Shown here in pieces: positions 29,344 through 38,437 of a stretch of 63,346 nt of DNA (position 1 is the stretch's first letter; every line of letters starts with the position of its first letter). The notes beneath the pieces were generated by a model, which saw nothing but the letters and a program-made list of their open reading frames with translations, was not told the DNA's origin and did not search any database. This DNA is from a virus (Duplodnaviria > Caudoviricetes), in IMG/VR virus record IMGVR_UViG_3300033153_008411, positions 1 to 63,346 of that record, one strand, 5' to 3'. The position numbers and the translations under genes are program-made.

Positions 29344-29703
29344 TTATTTTTTATTTTTTTTACCCCAAGCACTCTTTTTTTTCTTAAATGCTGGTTTGAC
29401 CTCTTTTTCGACTTCTGTTTCTGTTGTTTCAGTCTCTTTTTCGGCCTTTTCTTCTTCTTTTATTTCGTTTAATACTTCCGGTTTTGGTGCTGGTTTTAAT
29501 TTAATTGGTGCTGGTACTTCAGTTAATACCGCTGGACCATCAGTTGATTCACCTTTAACTTCAATAAAAATAGTCGGATAAGCTGTTGCTATTGCTTCGT
29601 TTTCGATTATTTGGCCATGTTTAAATACTAAATTTCCACCTATTGATGGTGGTGATATCTCTACTTGTACACCATTACGTGCGTGTGTTACCCACTTTGC
29701 CAT
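29344..29703 (-). CDS. Hypothetical protein with acidic/Lys-rich tail
   Basis: GAGG RBS; TATAAATA at 29824-29831 upstream. Confidence 0.6.
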   Translation of the reverse strand: MAKWVTHARNGVQVEISPPSIGGNLVFKHGQIIENEAIATAYPTIFIEVKGESTDGPAVLTEVPAPIKLKPAPKPEVLNEIKEEEKAEKETETTETEVEKEVKPAFKKKKSAWGKKNKK

Positions 29704-30403
29704 GATATTTCCTCTTTAATTTGATTTTGTGTGGATGACAGTAATTGCCGTTAAAATCACAATACTGACAATTCCAACTTGCATTTAGATCGAAATCTTT
29801 CTCAGATTCAATCATCTGTATTTTATTTATAAAATATTGTTTAATATTCTCAAGCTCTGATCTCTGGTAGATGAAATTAGTCTTTACACTGTGTTCCACG
29901 TAAAATAAAGAGCTATCAACAGTATTTATCTCTGGGTATTTTAATAATATCCATAGTGCGTACAATTTTAATTGATCACTTTCAGTTTTGTTGTACACTT
30001 TACCTGTTTTCCAATCAAGAATTTCAGCTTGATCACCATTTAAACAATAATAATCCACAAAACCTCGAAATAAAGAGGATTTTTCTGTTCCGAATCCTTC
30101 ACTAATTTTTAGTGTTTCTTCTCGGCTAACATTCTCCTTTAATAATAGTGTTTGAATAGCTGTATCATTAAGAATTTTTGTTAATATTTTTTTCCATAGT
30201 TTGCGTTCTTTATCACCAGCTAATGAAAATTTAAACCTTGTATTTGGTATCTTTGGCCAGTGTTCTAACGCAAAATGAATATATTTTCCCTTTTCAAAGA
30301 AGATCTTAGGTACTTGCGGTACTTTAATTTTATCTATGTACTTTAATTTGAATTGTTGTTTACAATTATCAAAACATCCAAGTTTTGATGCTGAGTATGG
30401 CAT
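29675..30403 (-). CDS. PD-(D/E)XK nuclease (RecB/Cas4-like)
   Basis: SASKL..F..C, GKYIHFALE, RGFVD, ILDWKTG, QLKLYA, C..CDF...C. Confidence 0.85.
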   Translation of the reverse strand: MPYSASKLGCFDNCKQQFKLKYIDKIKVPQVPKIFFEKGKYIHFALEHWPKIPNTRFKFSLAGDKERKLWKKILTKILNDTAIQTLLLKENVSREETLKISEGFGTEKSSLFRGFVDYYCLNGDQAEILDWKTGKVYNKTESDQLKLYALWILLKYPEINTVDSSLFYVEHSVKTNFIYQRSELENIKQYFINKIQMIESEKDFDLNASWNCQYCDFNGNYCHPHKIKLKRKYHGKVGNTRT

Positions 30404-30422
30404 AATTACCTTTAAAAGTGAT

Positions 30423-30451
30423 TAGCCGCACCCCGATATGGAATGCGGCTA
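30423..30451 (-). terminator. Stem-loop downstream of gp32
   Basis: TAGCCGCA...TGCGGCTA inverted repeat in the intergenic gap; weak U-tract. Confidence 0.5.
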
Positions 30452-30459
30452 TTGTTCTA

Positions 30460-31428
30460 TTAATCTTCGTCTAATGAAGCAATAAAACTCTGAACTGTTT
30501 CTGCATTACCGCTTGATTCTTTTGTATCACTCGGTGTTGCATCTTTTGTATCTGCATCAGTTGCAGTTGGTTCTTCGAAAGGTATGTCATCCTCTTGAAA
30601 TGTATCATCGGATGTTTGTGTATCGCTTTCTTCAATCACTTGAATACCAAGTTCAGCACCCAAAATACTACGAACTTCTGTTGCATCTGGATAACTGTCT
30701 TTTGCCGGGAAATCTTCTAATCGATAAGTTTGACTCATAATATCATCAATTTTTTCATCACGCTCTGTCTCATCGATAATTTCACCAAACAAAGGTGCTT
30801 GAGTTTTAAATTTTGAAGCAGTGTAAGTATGTTTAATTCTACCTTCACCGGGTATAGCTTTGTAAAGAAAATCCGCCCCTTCGTCAAAATCACAAGGCAT
30901 ATACTTAACGATTTTCTCATCATCTAGCTCATCTTCTACTACATTTTTTGGACCGTTGATTTTAAGATCAATCATTTTTTTGACCATCGGACCATAATCA
31001 AATAGGAAAATCTTTCCATCATTATCTGGTTCTTGAGGATCTTTTACTACTAAAATATTTGAAATAAATCTCGGACCACGTTTCCTATCATCACCTTTTT
31101 CTTTATCGCTGTCGTACGGTGAGTTAAAAAGTTGTGATACTTTTGTACATACAGGACAATCTTGATTGATTGTTGATGCACAATTTCTTACGTAAAACCT
31201 AACTTGACCGTTCTCTTCCCATTTGAAAAAATGTCGGAAATACATTTGAAAGGTAATACCATCTTGATCAGGCATAAATCTAATTATAGCTGATGCTGAA
31301 TGAGTCTTATCATCCACTTTAAGTTCCCAAAATCGACTATCAGAATAATTCTTTCGTTGATTTTGTTCTCTTTTTTCCATCTCTTTTTTGATTTTTGCGA
31401 AATCAAATTTTTCTCTAAATGATGCCAT
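30460..31428 (-). CDS. Single-stranded DNA-binding protein gp32
   Basis: DSRFWELKVD..SAIIRFMP, NCASTINQDCPVC, SNILVVKDPQEPDNDGKIFLF, acidic C-terminal tail. Confidence 0.92.
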   Translation of the reverse strand: MASFREKFDFAKIKKEMEKREQNQRKNYSDSRFWELKVDDKTHSASAIIRFMPDQDGITFQMYFRHFFKWEENGQVRFYVRNCASTINQDCPVCTKVSQLFNSPYDSDKEKGDDRKRGPRFISNILVVKDPQEPDNDGKIFLFDYGPMVKKMIDLKINGPKNVVEDELDDEKIVKYMPCDFDEGADFLYKAIPGEGRIKHTYTASKFKTQAPLFGEIIDETERDEKIDDIMSQTYRLEDFPAKDSYPDATEVRSILGAELGIQVIEESDTQTSDDTFQEDDIPFEEPTATDADTKDATPSDTKESSGNAETVQSFIASLDED

Positions 31429-31429
31429 T

Positions 31430-31481
31430 TATTTTTTTCCTTTTTTTGAATTTTTTTATTTTTTTATTTTTTTTGAATTTT
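31430..31481 (-). promoter_or_regulatory. A-rich unstructured leader of gp32 (putative autoregulatory operator)
   Basis: About 50 nt of A-runs directly upstream of the ATG. Confidence 0.5.
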
Positions 31482-31507
31482 AGCTATAAGTCGCTTTCAT
31501 TCATCTA

Positions 31508-31738
31508 CTAAAAGAATTCGTCGTTGAACGTACTCTTCAAGTTTTCATTTTTAACCACCCGCTTTTTCTTGAATTCAGCTTTAATCTTTTCGATTAACGG
31601 GCGATTCAGATCTAAAACTATTTCTTCTGGATCGTGGCCATTCATCTCACAATATTCTAGAAACGATTCAATATACGTTAGTCCTGTTCTTTGTTTGTGG
31701 CTTTCAATATGATGATCCATTCCTTTAGGCATATCCAC
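31508..31738 (-). CDS. Late-transcription co-activator gp33
   Basis: IE...GLTYIESFLEYCEMNG.DPE....L...LIEKIKAE; located next to gp32. Confidence 0.8.
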   Translation of the reverse strand: MDMPKGMDHHIESHKQRTGLTYIESFLEYCEMNGHDPEEIVLDLNRPLIEKIKAEFKKKRVVKNENLKSTFNDEFF

Positions 31739-31767
31739 TCCAAAATAATAATTAGTCTGTATACTTT

Positions 31768-31797
31768 ATTATACACGGTATTACTTATAATTGTCAA
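31768..31797 (-). promoter_or_regulatory. Sigma70-type promoter
   Basis: TTGACA-N18-TATAAT upstream of gp33. Confidence 0.65.
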
Positions 31798-31803
31798 ATA
31801 CTG

Positions 31804-32034
31804 TTACAGATCAATTAATTTTAGAGCTTCTATTTTAGCTGGTTTAACAGTCGGCATAGGATAAGAGTTAATAATACTCAATTTAATAGAAAGAGGTTGA
31901 TCGGGATCATCTAAAAAACAGTTGTCGTGCCACCCTGTTGTTTTTGTTGGATTTGTTTCCAATGAAGCGTACACAACATCTTCATTAGAGATTTCTTTTT
32001 TAGAGATCAGTTTTTTACAATATATACATATCAT
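31804..32034 (-). CDS. Family B zinc-finger small protein
   Basis: CIYC...WHDNC; ends ALKLIDL. Confidence 0.7.
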   Translation of the reverse strand: MICIYCKKLISKKEISNEDVVYASLETNPTKTTGWHDNCFLDDPDQPLSIKLSIINSYPMPTVKPAKIEALKLIDL

Positions 32035-32333
32035 AATTCACCTAATTCGTGCGAAACAATTATTGATTTTAATTTAGAAAATTCTCTGATAATATTTTTT
32101 TCTGTTTCGTTCAATTTTTTTCCGTATTTTTTATCACTTAGTAAGTTGTAGTATTGTTGAATTGCACGATTTTTTGTTTCTGGTTCTATATTTTTGTTTT
32201 TAAAAAAGCACTTAGGGTGAAACGGTAATCTTTTATCACCTATTGAATCTATCGGTTGATATGCTCGAATGTCTCCATCGTATATTCGTTTTTTGCATTC
32301 TCGGCATATTACGTATGTTTTTTTCTCTTTCAT
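32031..32333 (-). CDS. Family B zinc-finger small protein
   Basis: CREC...FHPKC; ends SHELGEL. Confidence 0.7.
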   Translation of the reverse strand: MKEKKTYVICRECKKRIYDGDIRAYQPIDSIGDKRLPFHPKCFFKNKNIEPETKNRAIQQYYNLLSDKKYGKKLNETEKNIIREFSKLKSIIVSHELGEL

Positions 32334-32575
32334 AGCATTGTAAATTCGAGTTTTAGTAGTTCTTTTTCGAATAAGTCAAGCGCATTTTTATATTCAGGAT
32401 CACGAATTCTGCGATAGTACAAAACAAATTCTTGTTTATCTTTTATTGGAATATTATTTGATTTCAGGTAACATTCAATGTGATATTGATGACTATATAA
32501 ATGTTGAATACGTACACTACCTTCTGGAATCAATGCGCCACAAAATTCACAATGATCATCTAATTCTTCTTTCAT
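32330..32575 (-). CDS. Family B zinc-finger small protein
   Basis: CEFC...YHIEC; ends KLEFTML. Confidence 0.7.
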   Translation of the reverse strand: MKEELDDHCEFCGALIPEGSVRIQHLYSHQYHIECYLKSNNIPIKDKQEFVLYYRRIRDPEYKNALDLFEKELLKLEFTML

Positions 32576-32811
32576 AAATCCATAAAATTTAATGATTTAA
32601 CTTCAATCGGATAATTAGCGAATATATCTGGATGTTCTTCGATTACTTCTTTTTTTAACTCTGTACTAACCGCTGTAGTCATTAAAAAGCATCTATGATG
32701 AAAATGTTTGTCTTTAGAAATATCACCACTTTCATCTTCAATGAGTAATGCATCGTCGGTATCTTTTTTGGGAATCTCTTTATTACAATAATCACAAAAA
32801 TATTTTATCAT
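32572..32811 (-). CDS. Family B zinc-finger small protein
   Basis: CDYC...FHHRC; ends SLNFMDL. Confidence 0.7.
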   Translation of the reverse strand: MIKYFCDYCNKEIPKKDTDDALLIEDESGDISKDKHFHHRCFLMTTAVSTELKKEVIEEHPDIFANYPIEVKSLNFMDL

Positions 32812-33062
32812 AATTTTGAAAAGCTTAGGTTTAAAAGCTCACCGTTAGTAATTTTTCCAATTTTTATGTAATGTTCTATCTCTTCGTCTGTCAGCAAAAT
32901 CACTTCACCTTTTTTAAACCGACACCACCTATGTTCAGCACGAATACCGAAATTATCAGAATCTACTTCCGGGAAATAATAATACGCACATTTTGTATTA
33001 TTTGGTATGTTAGGCTCTACCGGTTCGCCACATATTTCACATTTAAGTATCTTATCATCCAT
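32808..33062 (-). CDS. Family B zinc-finger small protein
   Basis: CEIC...EHRWC; ends NLSFSKL. Confidence 0.7.
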   Translation of the reverse strand: MDDKILKCEICGEPVEPNIPNNTKCAYYYFPEVDSDNFGIRAEHRWCRFKKGEVILLTDEEIEHYIKIGKITNGELLNLSFSKL

Positions 33063-33292
33063 TACAGATCCATTAATAGATAAGGTGCCATTTCTTTCTG
33101 TAAGAAATTAAAATGTTTAGGAAAATTTTTTAAAGCACCGAGTTTTTCTTTCGGTGGTACATTTTCACTCAATACAAAACATTTATAGTGATAATGAAAA
33201 TGTTTATGTTCATCTTCACTTCTTTGCGGATTGAAATTGATATAAGATCCAGTAATTTCTTTTTTACAATGATCGCAATTTATAGTTATCAT
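33062..33292 (-). CDS. Family B zinc-finger small protein
   Basis: CDHC...YHYKC; ends PYLLMDL. Confidence 0.7.
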   Translation of the reverse strand: MITINCDHCKKEITGSYINFNPQRSEDEHKHFHYHYKCFVLSENVPPKEKLGALKNFPKHFNFLQKEMAPYLLMDL

Positions 33293-33519
33293 ATTGTTCT
33301 AAGCCGGATAGCTACAAGCTGACTTTTAGTGAATACACCATCTTTTATATATTGTGCTTCAGCTTCTTTGTTTTTGTAAACAAAGATGGTATGACACGGT
33401 GTACACATAACATCGTACGGTTTATTTTTATTAACAAAATCATTTTCATTGCGCATCCAGTGTACGGCATTGGTTAAATCTTTTCTGCAATAATAACAAT
33501 ATATTTTAGGATCTGTCAT
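33289..33519 (-). CDS. Family B zinc-finger small protein
   Basis: CYYC...CTPC; ends AIRLRTI. Confidence 0.7.
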   Translation of the reverse strand: MTDPKIYCYYCRKDLTNAVHWMRNENDFVNKNKPYDVMCTPCHTIFVYKNKEAEAQYIKDGVFTKSQLVAIRLRTI

Positions 33520-33737
33520 AATAACCTTAATTTAAGGCTAAGGATTTCAGCTTCAGTGAAAATACCTTTTTTTATTCGATCTTTTTTAACCGATTCATTA
33601 TTTAATAAAAAAATCAGTACACAATCATTGTGGGCTTTTTGAAATGATGTTCCATCATACGTACCACTACTATAATCATCATCATCCCATAATTTCTTTT
33701 CACAAATGGAACACGAACCTATTTTTTTGTATCTCAT
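33516..33737 (-). CDS. Family B zinc-finger small protein
   Basis: CSIC...AHNDC; ends SLKLRLL. Confidence 0.7.
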   Translation of the reverse strand: MRYKKIGSCSICEKKLWDDDDYSSGTYDGTSFQKAHNDCVLIFLLNNESVKKDRIKKGIFTEAEILSLKLRLL

Positions 33738-33973
33738 AAATTTTGTAATTTAATTGCTAAAATTTCGGCTTTAGTGAAAATACTTTTTTCGATAGCACGT
33801 TTTTCCATTTTATGAGATGATCTTATAAAAATCCAATCACACAACAAATGAACATATCCTGTATTTTCATTTACTTTGCCGTGAATTATCATCCCCGCTC
33901 GGTCAACTGTAATTGGTTTCTTACATATCGAACAGGTAGGCTCTATGTTATAAAATGTCACATTGACTCCCAT
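33734..33973 (-). CDS. Family B zinc-finger small protein
   Basis: CSIC...VHLLC; ends AIKLQNL. Confidence 0.7.
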   Translation of the reverse strand: MGVNVTFYNIEPTCSICKKPITVDRAGMIIHGKVNENTGYVHLLCDWIFIRSSHKMEKRAIEKSIFTKAEILAIKLQNL

Positions 33974-34263
33974 TTAATTTTTAGAATTTCAGCTTGTGAC
34001 AGGATATTTTCTTCGATAACTTCTTTTTCGATAATTTCATTTTCTTCTTCAAAAATCTCGTGACAGTGGTAGTGAGCAGCACCTATAACCATTTCTCTTT
34101 TACGAGATTTGGAGTTAAGTACACCGTAAAAAACACTTTGCGAATTATGTAATGATCTACCGCAATAATAACAATCACCTTCACCTAATTCACTTAATTT
34201 GATTTCGTGAAATTTTTTATTACTTATACCATTACTTCTATTCTTTAAAGTTTTTATTTTCAT
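33958..34263 (-). CDS. Family B zinc-finger small protein
   Basis: Start revised to MKIKTL at an ATGA overlap; CYYC...AHYHC; ends KIKWESM. Confidence 0.65.
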   Translation of the reverse strand: MKIKTLKNRSNGISNKKFHEIKLSELGEGDCYYCGRSLHNSQSVFYGVLNSKSRKREMVIGAAHYHCHEIFEEENEIIEKEVIEENILSQAEILKIKWESM

Positions 34264-34505
34264 ACTACCCAACATGTATGAAGTTTTCTTTCTTTTTGAT
34301 CGGTGATAATGCTTACAAAACCCCGTGAAGTTCGGGCTGATATAATGTGCCGGTCTTTCCAATTTTCTCGTTTAACGTGTTCCCTTTTGGTTAGAACTTC
34401 AATGACATCTTTTTCCGAGATCTTTCTTAATGCCATTCGATCTCGGAAATGCTCTAAAGCTTTTAAACCAAGAATCTTTTTTGGAACTATTATACGGGTT
34501 CTCAT
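34260..34505 (-). CDS. DUF4258-like (RelE/BECR-fold) small protein
   Basis: HFRDRMALRKISEKDVIEVL...LHTCW pattern; AGGAG RBS. Confidence 0.55.
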   Translation of the reverse strand: MRTRIIVPKKILGLKALEHFRDRMALRKISEKDVIEVLTKREHVKRENWKDRHIISARTSRGFVSIITDQKERKLHTCWVV

Positions 34506-34512
34506 AAGACTC

Positions 34513-34821
34513 CTATAATTTTATAAAATAAAATAATGCTTCTAATTTAGATTTTGATTTGAAGACATACCTATTATCAACCATCCATTGTAAAGTATCA
34601 GGTGGTATAGGAGATTTCCATTCAAGATATTTTACAGGAACGTATATTGGCGAATCTTTGGTACTGGTTTTAAGCTTATGCTGTCTTGTTTTTATGCAAA
34701 ACGGGGCAGAACCTTTACCGCGTGGAAAAGATTCTTCTGGCTGCCTTTTTTCTAAATCTTTAATAATTTCTTTTAATTCCGGTAAATAATAAGTTACTCC
34801 ATTTAATTTTCGTCGTTTCAT
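34513..34821 (-). CDS. Hypothetical protein with the shared C-terminal tail
   Basis: Ends ALFYFIKL. Confidence 0.6.
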   Translation of the reverse strand: MKRRKLNGVTYYLPELKEIIKDLEKRQPEESFPRGKGSAPFCIKTRQHKLKTSTKDSPIYVPVKYLEWKSPIPPDTLQWMVDNRYVFKSKSKLEALFYFIKL

Positions 34822-35462
34822 ATTTGTTCTAAGACATCACTCATCTGATCTGCTTTATCTTCAATTTTTTGGATCTTCTCAGAGATGTCAATCCCTTCAA
34901 GTTTATGAGCTTTAAGGCCAGCGGCTTTTTTAAATACCGGTGGATTAATTAAACATTTAGTCTCAACTTCGGCTGAAACATCTTCAACTTCGCTTTTCAG
35001 TATTTCAGAATGTTGTTTAGATTTTTCCGATTGCATAAGCAAATACGAAAGAAGAGCTTGATCGGTTGTCGGCATCGGATCTGTGAAAAGTGCATCCCAC
35101 ATTTTTTGAACTTTCGAATCACGATTTATAGGCGGACATAAATTCGTAGAAGTCAATGTCATTCCGTGATTTCCAAGAATACGATCAATTTCACCTTTTC
35201 GTCCGGCTAGATCGTACCACTTAGCAACAGTAACAAATTTCTCTAGTAATTCATTCAGTCTTCCTTTTGAATCTGCTTTCGGCCTACCGGCAACATAAAA
35301 CATAAAATTACTGACTAACTTGAATATTCCCGGTTTTTCGTTGAAAATCATTTTAAATAATTTTCCTATTTCTCCTACCTTTTTACCATATACCTCACGA
35401 ATGTCAATGTTTATTTCGGCGGCTTCAGTAACCTTGTCATCAAAAAAATCTTTTTCTTTCAT
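34818..35462 (-). CDS. Hypothetical protein; C-terminus weakly resembles DsbA/GapR-type dsDNA-binding proteins
   Basis: AAGGA RBS; ILKSEVEDVSAEVETKCLINPPVFKKAAGL. Confidence 0.55.
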   Translation of the reverse strand: MKEKDFFDDKVTEAAEINIDIREVYGKKVGEIGKLFKMIFNEKPGIFKLVSNFMFYVAGRPKADSKGRLNELLEKFVTVAKWYDLAGRKGEIDRILGNHGMTLTSTNLCPPINRDSKVQKMWDALFTDPMPTTDQALLSYLLMQSEKSKQHSEILKSEVEDVSAEVETKCLINPPVFKKAAGLKAHKLEGIDISEKIQKIEDKADQMSDVLEQI

Positions 35463-35475
35463 TTTTTTCCTTTAG

Positions 35476-35757
35476 TTAAATTTGTATAAATTCGATTATT
35501 TCATCTATATTTGGGTACTCATTTTTACCGTACCCGCTCTTTAGTAGCCATTTAAGACTATTTAAAGACATTCTTGGATTCCAATTTGCTGTTGGTTGAT
35601 TGATAATTTCTTCTTTGTATTCTATCGGCCAATCATGAATCATCATATCTGGCCTAGAAAAAATATTTACTAATTCTACGTACAATTCGATTGTTATAGG
35701 TTTTAGCATTGTATCGTAAATAGAATCTTGCATGAATCTGGTTTTTTCTCTTTCCAT
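35476..35757 (-). CDS. Hypothetical protein
   Basis: Coupled ORF; ends IIEFIQI. Confidence 0.6.
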   Translation of the reverse strand: MEREKTRFMQDSIYDTMLKPITIELYVELVNIFSRPDMMIHDWPIEYKEEIINQPTANWNPRMSLNSLKWLLKSGYGKNEYPNIDEIIEFIQI

Positions 35758-36191
35758 TATAAAAGCATTAAGTCCCTTGTGTGCTGTGGTACATCATCGG
35801 CTATAAGATAACCAAGCTGATACAGTACCACTTTGTTGTGAAAATTTATTCCTTCATCCCAATATAAATCTAAAACTCGATTTGAATCGACTGTATCTGT
35901 TCTCATCCAAATTATACCACTCTGTGTACAAAAAAAAGTGTTTTCTATATTCACAACGTGTTTATAAATTTCAATAGTTGGTGCAACCAAATGAACGTAT
36001 TTTGGTATCTCCATTATTGAGCAAGTTCGCTCTGGCCCACGTTCAAAGACAAAATAATCATCAAGAACAGTCAGATGACCTTGCACCTTTTTAGGTGGGA
36101 GTATTTCTTGTAATTTTTCATCCCAAAGCATATCTTCTTTAACCCATTCTGTTCGATTTCTTATCATTCTTTCATTGTACGATTTTATCAT
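35757..36191 (-). CDS. Hypothetical protein with the shared C-terminal tail
   Basis: Ends TRDLMLL. Confidence 0.6.
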   Translation of the reverse strand: MIKSYNERMIRNRTEWVKEDMLWDEKLQEILPPKKVQGHLTVLDDYFVFERGPERTCSIMEIPKYVHLVAPTIEIYKHVVNIENTFFCTQSGIIWMRTDTVDSNRVLDLYWDEGINFHNKVVLYQLGYLIADDVPQHTRDLMLL

Positions 36192-36777
36192 CTGTTACAC
36201 TTTTCATATCCTGTAATGTTATTTCGATTTTTTGCTTTTGGAGTTCTTCACCAATCCGCCTGTGTGTTGCTTCGTCTAGCTCAGTCTCGATAATATCCGC
36301 TCTTAGGTGTGAAGCAATGAACAATTGCGGAATGCTTTCTTGAAGTACACGTTGTTTAATTTTTTCGGGATCGTCACCACGTTTTTCCATATTGGCGGCA
36401 CACTCTTCTCTTGGAATATCCATATAGATTATTTGCAGTTGTACACTCGTGAACAATCGGTGCATAATGTATTGGTTGATCTGAAGTGCACCCATTACCT
36501 CAACCACGGCAATTACGTCTTGATCGTCTTTAAGTAATTCAGCACTTGTCAGTCCGTAATATTCACCATCGTATTCAGCGGTTTCAATGTAATCTTGAAT
36601 CGCTAAAAAATTCTCTTTTGTTACGAATTGATAATCAACTCCATTGACTTCGTGATCTCTTTTTTCCCTTGAAGTCACTGATACGGCCTTTCTGTATCCG
36701 TAATGTTTGCATAAATTTTCTTCTAATATTGTTTTCCCAGATCCGCTCGGACCTATAATTAAGACTAAACTTTTCAT
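36172..36777 (-). CDS. gmk: Guanylate kinase
   Basis: GPSGSGKT P-loop; VSVTSREKRDHEVNGVDYQFV; EYDGEYYG. Confidence 0.9.
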   Translation of the reverse strand: MKSLVLIIGPSGSGKTILEENLCKHYGYRKAVSVTSREKRDHEVNGVDYQFVTKENFLAIQDYIETAEYDGEYYGLTSAELLKDDQDVIAVVEVMGALQINQYIMHRLFTSVQLQIIYMDIPREECAANMEKRGDDPEKIKQRVLQESIPQLFIASHLRADIIETELDEATHRRIGEELQKQKIEITLQDMKSVTDDKIVQ

Positions 36778-36995
36778 TTTATTTTTCCCTCTTTAGTATT
36801 CATAGTAAAAATAACCTCTTTATTTTTAGATTTTTCTATTACCCAATTTTCCACAGTATTAGTATAAGGACATTTTGGAAAATCATCATCACCCGGTTCT
36901 ACCCAGGTTGCAACAGGACCGCTCATTGTAATTTTACAAGTTCCAAATTTACAGTTACAATTTTTACAAATGTATGTATAGTTATTACTCATCAA
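36774..36995 (-). CDS. Small Cys-rich protein
   Basis: CKNC..C...KCPY. Confidence 0.55.
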   Translation of the reverse strand: MMSNNYTYICKNCNCKFGTCKITMSGPVATWVEPGDDDFPKCPYTNTVENWVIEKSKNKEVIFTMNTKEGKIK

Positions 36996-37344
36996 TGCTA
37001 TGCCTATTAAAATGTATTCTAAACCATTTACTTATCATCATAACAGATGGTTTGTATCTTGTCAAAGGATTCCCACAATACGGACAAAATTCGAACGGGC
37101 CTTGTGTGTATTCAAGCCCGCTGTGGTTTGTACTATTGTTTTGTTGTGCAACTATTTCGTCAAGCCCTCTGTCAAATTTAACGCAATTTGGACAATGCAG
37201 CTTCCCGTTTTCCTCTTTCCCACTCTCTCGTATTTTCAGGTGAGCTGAAGATGGAGAAATGACAATTTTTATCATTCGGTCCATTATTTGCACAATCTTT
37301 GCCGAGTTCATAAGCTTGGTATGGGTAGATAGGTTCACGTACAA
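36985..37344 (-). CDS. Zinc-ribbon protein (start uncertain, probably shorter)
   Basis: CPNC...FEFCPYCG; the annotated 5' part overlaps 37178-37387. Confidence 0.45.
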   Translation of the reverse strand: MYVNLSTHTKLMNSAKIVQIMDRMIKIVISPSSAHLKIRESGKEENGKLHCPNCVKFDRGLDEIVAQQNNSTNHSGLEYTQGPFEFCPYCGNPLTRYKPSVMMISKWFRIHFNRHSIDE

Positions 37345-37387
37345 ATTTCTTTACAGTTTCTTTTATTTGGTCAAATTCATTATTCAT
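37178..37387 (-). CDS. Hypothetical phage protein
   Basis: AYELGKDCANNGP..NCHFSIF..PE..REWERG. Confidence 0.6.
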   Translation of the reverse strand: MNNEFDQIKETVKKFVREPIYPYQAYELGKDCANNGPNDKNCHFSIFSSPENTREWERGKREAALSKLR

Positions 37388-37389
37388 AA

Positions 37390-37596
37390 TTACCTTTGTT
37401 GAAAACGCTTGTCATCAATGTAGATTATTAATGTGTTTTCAGATCGAAGTAACAAGACGTTTAAATTACAATGCAAAATATTCTCAATTAAAAATTCTCG
37501 CATTTCCAATGAGTACGGAAATTTTTCATTGTGTGCGAGATTCGTTTTATCTTCATGATTACCGTACCAATAACCAATTTGTATCTCTTTAAACAT
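37390..37596 (-). CDS. Hypothetical protein
   Basis: Coupled ORF. Confidence 0.55.
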   Translation of the reverse strand: MFKEIQIGYWYGNHEDKTNLAHNEKFPYSLEMREFLIENILHCNLNVLLLRSENTLIIYIDDKRFQQR

Positions 37597-37856
37597 TATA
37601 GTACCATGAATATATGTTTAGGGTCAACTTCTACATAATCGCATAGAAGTGGTTTTGCTTGCACAGCTTTTAATTTTTGATTATTTGTTAAGCATCCAAA
37701 GGCTATTTGTAACCAGTATATATGGCTTTTGGTATCTCTTCTGTCTGGATACAAAGAATGTAGATCTGTATTTTTAATACAATCTTTAAAATATTCACTG
37801 AGAATATATTGACAAAGTTCTTCCAAATCGAGTAATTCTTTTTCTCTTTTATTCAT
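37596..37856 (-). CDS. Hypothetical protein with the shared C-terminal tail
   Basis: Ends KHIFMVL. Confidence 0.6.
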   Translation of the reverse strand: MNKREKELLDLEELCQYILSEYFKDCIKNTDLHSLYPDRRDTKSHIYWLQIAFGCLTNNQKLKAVQAKPLLCDYVEVDPKHIFMVL

Positions 37857-38152
37857 AATTCCATTAGATCTCTAGCGGTATGATTAATCCGCATACGATG
37901 GGTAAAGTCTTTTAAAGATGCGAATTCCTTGATATTGTAATCTGTGTATGTCCAATGAATCGGCCTTTCATCTATTGGTATATTATCCCAATATATTCTA
38001 TAATAACTTAAATCTTCAAAGTAATATCGGTAAAATGGTCTGCCTGTCCTTTTACCGTTTCTTCGAATTCGATGAACTTTGCACGTAAACCGAGTCTTAT
38101 CGATTTTATCTCTTTCTCGGATTCTGATATTAGTGTGTATATTAAAATTCAT
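37853..38152 (-). CDS. Family C1 (GxPFYR) small protein
   Basis: GRPFYRYYF...YNIKEFASL; ends TARDLMEL. Confidence 0.7.
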   Translation of the reverse strand: MNFNIHTNIRIRERDKIDKTRFTCKVHRIRRNGKRTGRPFYRYYFEDLSYYRIYWDNIPIDERPIHWTYTDYNIKEFASLKDFTHRMRINHTARDLMEL

Positions 38153-38436
38153 AATTCAGTGAAGGCAAGTTTAAGAGCTTTTAGAACTATTTCGTGATTC
38201 GGTGAAAGTATCTTACCGATAAGTTGGTAATCATCCATACATTTTAAAAATATAATTTGGTGTTCTGTTTTGTACGTCAAAATGTAATAAGCTTCATAAC
38301 TTCGTAATAATGAAATACCATGAACAGGTATAAAAAACTTATTTTTTTTATTTCCGTGTGATAAATCTACATCTTTGTAATCGACAATCAATACTCTCTT
38401 GATGTGTTTACTACTCGGTACACTAGTGATATCCAT
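38149..38436 (-). CDS. Family C2 small protein
   Basis: YEAYYILTY..IIFLKC; ends KLAFTEL. Confidence 0.65.
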   Translation of the reverse strand: MDITSVPSSKHIKRVLIVDYKDVDLSHGNKKNKFFIPVHGISLLRSYEAYYILTYKTEHQIIFLKCMDDYQLIGKILSPNHEIVLKALKLAFTEL

Positions 38437-38437
38437 T

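Noticed and set aside
29675-30403. Cas4 as part of a CRISPR system
   Set aside because: It is a stand-alone PD-(D/E)XK nuclease beside gp32, which is common in phages; no other cas genes are present.
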